A stretch of 64,000 bases of DNA from NCBI GenBank assembly GCA_003133225.1, contig PKWL01000023.1, positions 6,531-70,530 on the forward strand, given 5' to 3'. Position numbers and translations under genes: made by a program. The notes below the pieces were generated by a model. The model was not told the origin of the DNA, searched no databases, and saw only the letters and a program-made list of their open reading frames with translations. Within the stretch, counting starts at the first letter, position 1. Each line of letters begins with the position of its first letter. Shown in pieces: positions 63,301 to 64,000 of the stretch. This DNA comes from Janthinobacterium sp. (lineage in GTDB: Bacteria > Pseudomonadota > Gammaproteobacteria > Burkholderiales > Burkholderiaceae_D).

Positions 63301-63463
63301 GCTCCGATCGTTAAATTGCGACGAAATGCAAGGTTATTTGTTTAGCAAACCGGTGCCCGCTGACTTATTTGAAACGAGATTTCTGGCGCCCATGCTTAAA
63401 CATGGTGCGCTCGATGACGTGGAAAATCAGGTACTACCGCCTGAAATTTTGTGCCCACCGTAA
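60386..63463 (+). CDS. Membrane-bound sensor (helical periplasmic domain)-HAMP-PAS-GAF-degenerate GGDEF-EAL; probable c-di-GMP phosphodiesterase
   Basis: Two TM segments, PAS ending GEDITERK, GAF, GGDEF fold with RVGVDQF in place of GGDEF, EALIRW, DDFGTGFSSL. Confidence 0.92.
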   Translation: MRNNVIRYFRSFSLRQRFLVAPLLGLVVCSLLAAAFVYESQRQNVLFTHITEQGLKSFNRYADVFVDLTEQHTAIYDLLYSAGKIDEATLYDQAKQHLYQIQEAIRELEQALPPTNSSMGPDFSARRNELSADGQAYRKAINAAVKMATVNLALAPQQLILANRRFSLLSRSFARILDLEQRAINVDIAARVRQSQISSTAIALIGILVAALLLFLSQVLSRVLSRSIETQIGLLTELGTQAGARSVRGGGDEVDRMTHAIAAFRQSLLELRESERRFSDMMRNVELVSVMLDSAARITYCNEYLLRLTGWQYEEVIGCDWFALFIAPEIHQLKNSFFPDILANRPGAMHDENEILTRSGERRLIRWNNSVLRSGAGTVIGTASIGEDITERKEAEARIAYLNRVYTMLSGINALIVRARDRDELFKEACRIAVEDGGFRMALVSMIDQNTMTMVPVASRGKDEELLATITNILSSSDSAQRTMCARAIREKRAIVSNASQRDHQVVFSAKYAEAGVRSMVLFPLIVSDEAVGVLGLYASEVEFFHEEEMKLLTQLAGDVGFAIDYIAKQERLNYLAYYDVLTGLANRCQFLDRLAQYILKAIAGGHELALFVIDLERFKNINDSLGRPAGDALLQRVAEWLVSKAGDINLVARVGVDQFAVLLPQIMEGQEVAPLLEKWIEAFLNQPFRLNDAVFRIAAKVGVALFPNDGANADTLFKNAEFALKKTKASGDRFLFYTHKMTEAMAGRLTLENQLRHALDAGEFVLHYQPKINLASGKLTSAEALIRWEDPHTGLVPPGRFIPILEETGMIYEVGRWALRRAIEDYLRWRAAGLPAVRIAVNVSPLQLRNHGFVAEIAQAIGVDANAAAGLELEITESLIMEDVAHSIASLKAIRAMGVSIAIDDFGTGFSSLSYLAKLPVDTLKIDRSFIIDMTTGPEGRAIVSTIIELSHALNLKVVAEGVETEQQSRLLRSLNCDEMQGYLFSKPVPADLFETRFLAPMLKHGALDDVENQVLPPEILCPP

Positions 63464-63601
63464 TCTGTTGATTCCCCAAGCGCCTGGGGCTTGACGCGAG
63501 AGACTGTGAAGCATCCCACGCCCGAATGAATACCGGATAAGCCCTGCGCTGTGACCTGCACGCTCCCTGCGGCCGGGGCCAAGGGGCTTCGGATGACTCG
63601 A

Positions 63602-64000
63602 CTAGGCTGGCCCTGAAGCGTCGTCCCGGCTGCAGATCCGGTCGCGACCATGTTGCTTGGCGCGATACATGCGCTGGTCGGCCGTCTCGACCAACGACTT
63701 CCAGTCGCTGGCCTGATCAGCCACCCGTTCGGCAATACCGATACTGGCAGTGATCGGGGTATTGCCGGGGTTAAGGCCAAAGCCTATGTGGTTCAAGCGC
63801 GCCATTGCCGCTTCCGCCTGCACCAGATTGGTATTGGGCATGATCAATAAAAACTCCTCACCCCCCCAGCGTGCCAGCATGTCGCCCTGACGCAGATTGC
63901 GGCTGACGATGCCAGTCATATTGAGCAGAACCTGGTCGCCCGCTTCATGACCGTACTCATCGTTAATCATCTTAAAATGATCGAGATCGACGAAGGCAAG
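63602..64000 (-). CDS. GGDEF diguanylate cyclase, C-terminal part (gene continues past the window)
   Basis: FVDLDHFKMINDEYGHEAGD, I-site RQGD, RWGGEEF, TASIGIA, ADQRMYRAK..GRDR. Confidence 0.93.
   Translation of the reverse strand, partial: LAFVDLDHFKMINDEYGHEAGDQVLLNMTGIVSRNLRQGDMLARWGGEEFLLIMPNTNLVQAEAAMARLNHIGFGLNPGNTPITASIGIAERVADQASDWKSLVETADQRMYRAKQHGRDRICSRDDASGPA

Noticed and set aside
1-64000. CRISPR arrays, prophage genes, intact transposases/integrases, restriction or defence systems, rRNA or intact tRNA
   Set aside because: None recognisable; no regularly spaced repeat array was seen.

Overview
Chromosomal backbone of a betaproteobacterium; the proteins and gene order look like Burkholderiales, most likely Oxalobacteraceae (inference, no search run). 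About 52 kb is housekeeping: thpR, tcdA, msrA, a flavin reductase, OmpW plus a GDSL lipoprotein esterase, sua5, purC/purE, fba-pyk-pgk, yheT-like hydrolase, bepA-like M48 protease, moaC, sucCD, recX/recA, a TctDE-like two-component pair with a DUF4212/sodium:solute symporter, a PPi-type PFK, purM-perM-hda-HAD-pcnB-folK-panB, can, dnaJ-dnaK-grpE, hemH, recN, nadK, gloA, rhodanese-pcm-TetR, recQ and trmB. From about 51.7 kb to the end is an accessory signalling block: two membrane-bound PAS-GAF-GGDEF-EAL proteins, a YdcF/ElyC protein, an MCP behind a perfect FNR box, an exported histidine phosphatase and a partial GGDEF protein. I found no CRISPR array, intact tRNA/rRNA, intact transposase or phage gene. 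The most notable signals are: (i) apparent relics of lost genes at the positions where relatives carry them (tRNA-Gly(CCC), hrcA, ilvE, an NTF2/YybH gene), suggesting gene erosion, although the tRNA relic could instead be the att end of an island; (ii) a purE-purC pair in reversed order with purK absent; (iii) an unannotated 31-aa membrane peptide gene with operator-like repeats between grpE and hemH. Synteny comparisons come from recalled Burkholderiales gene order and need checking.
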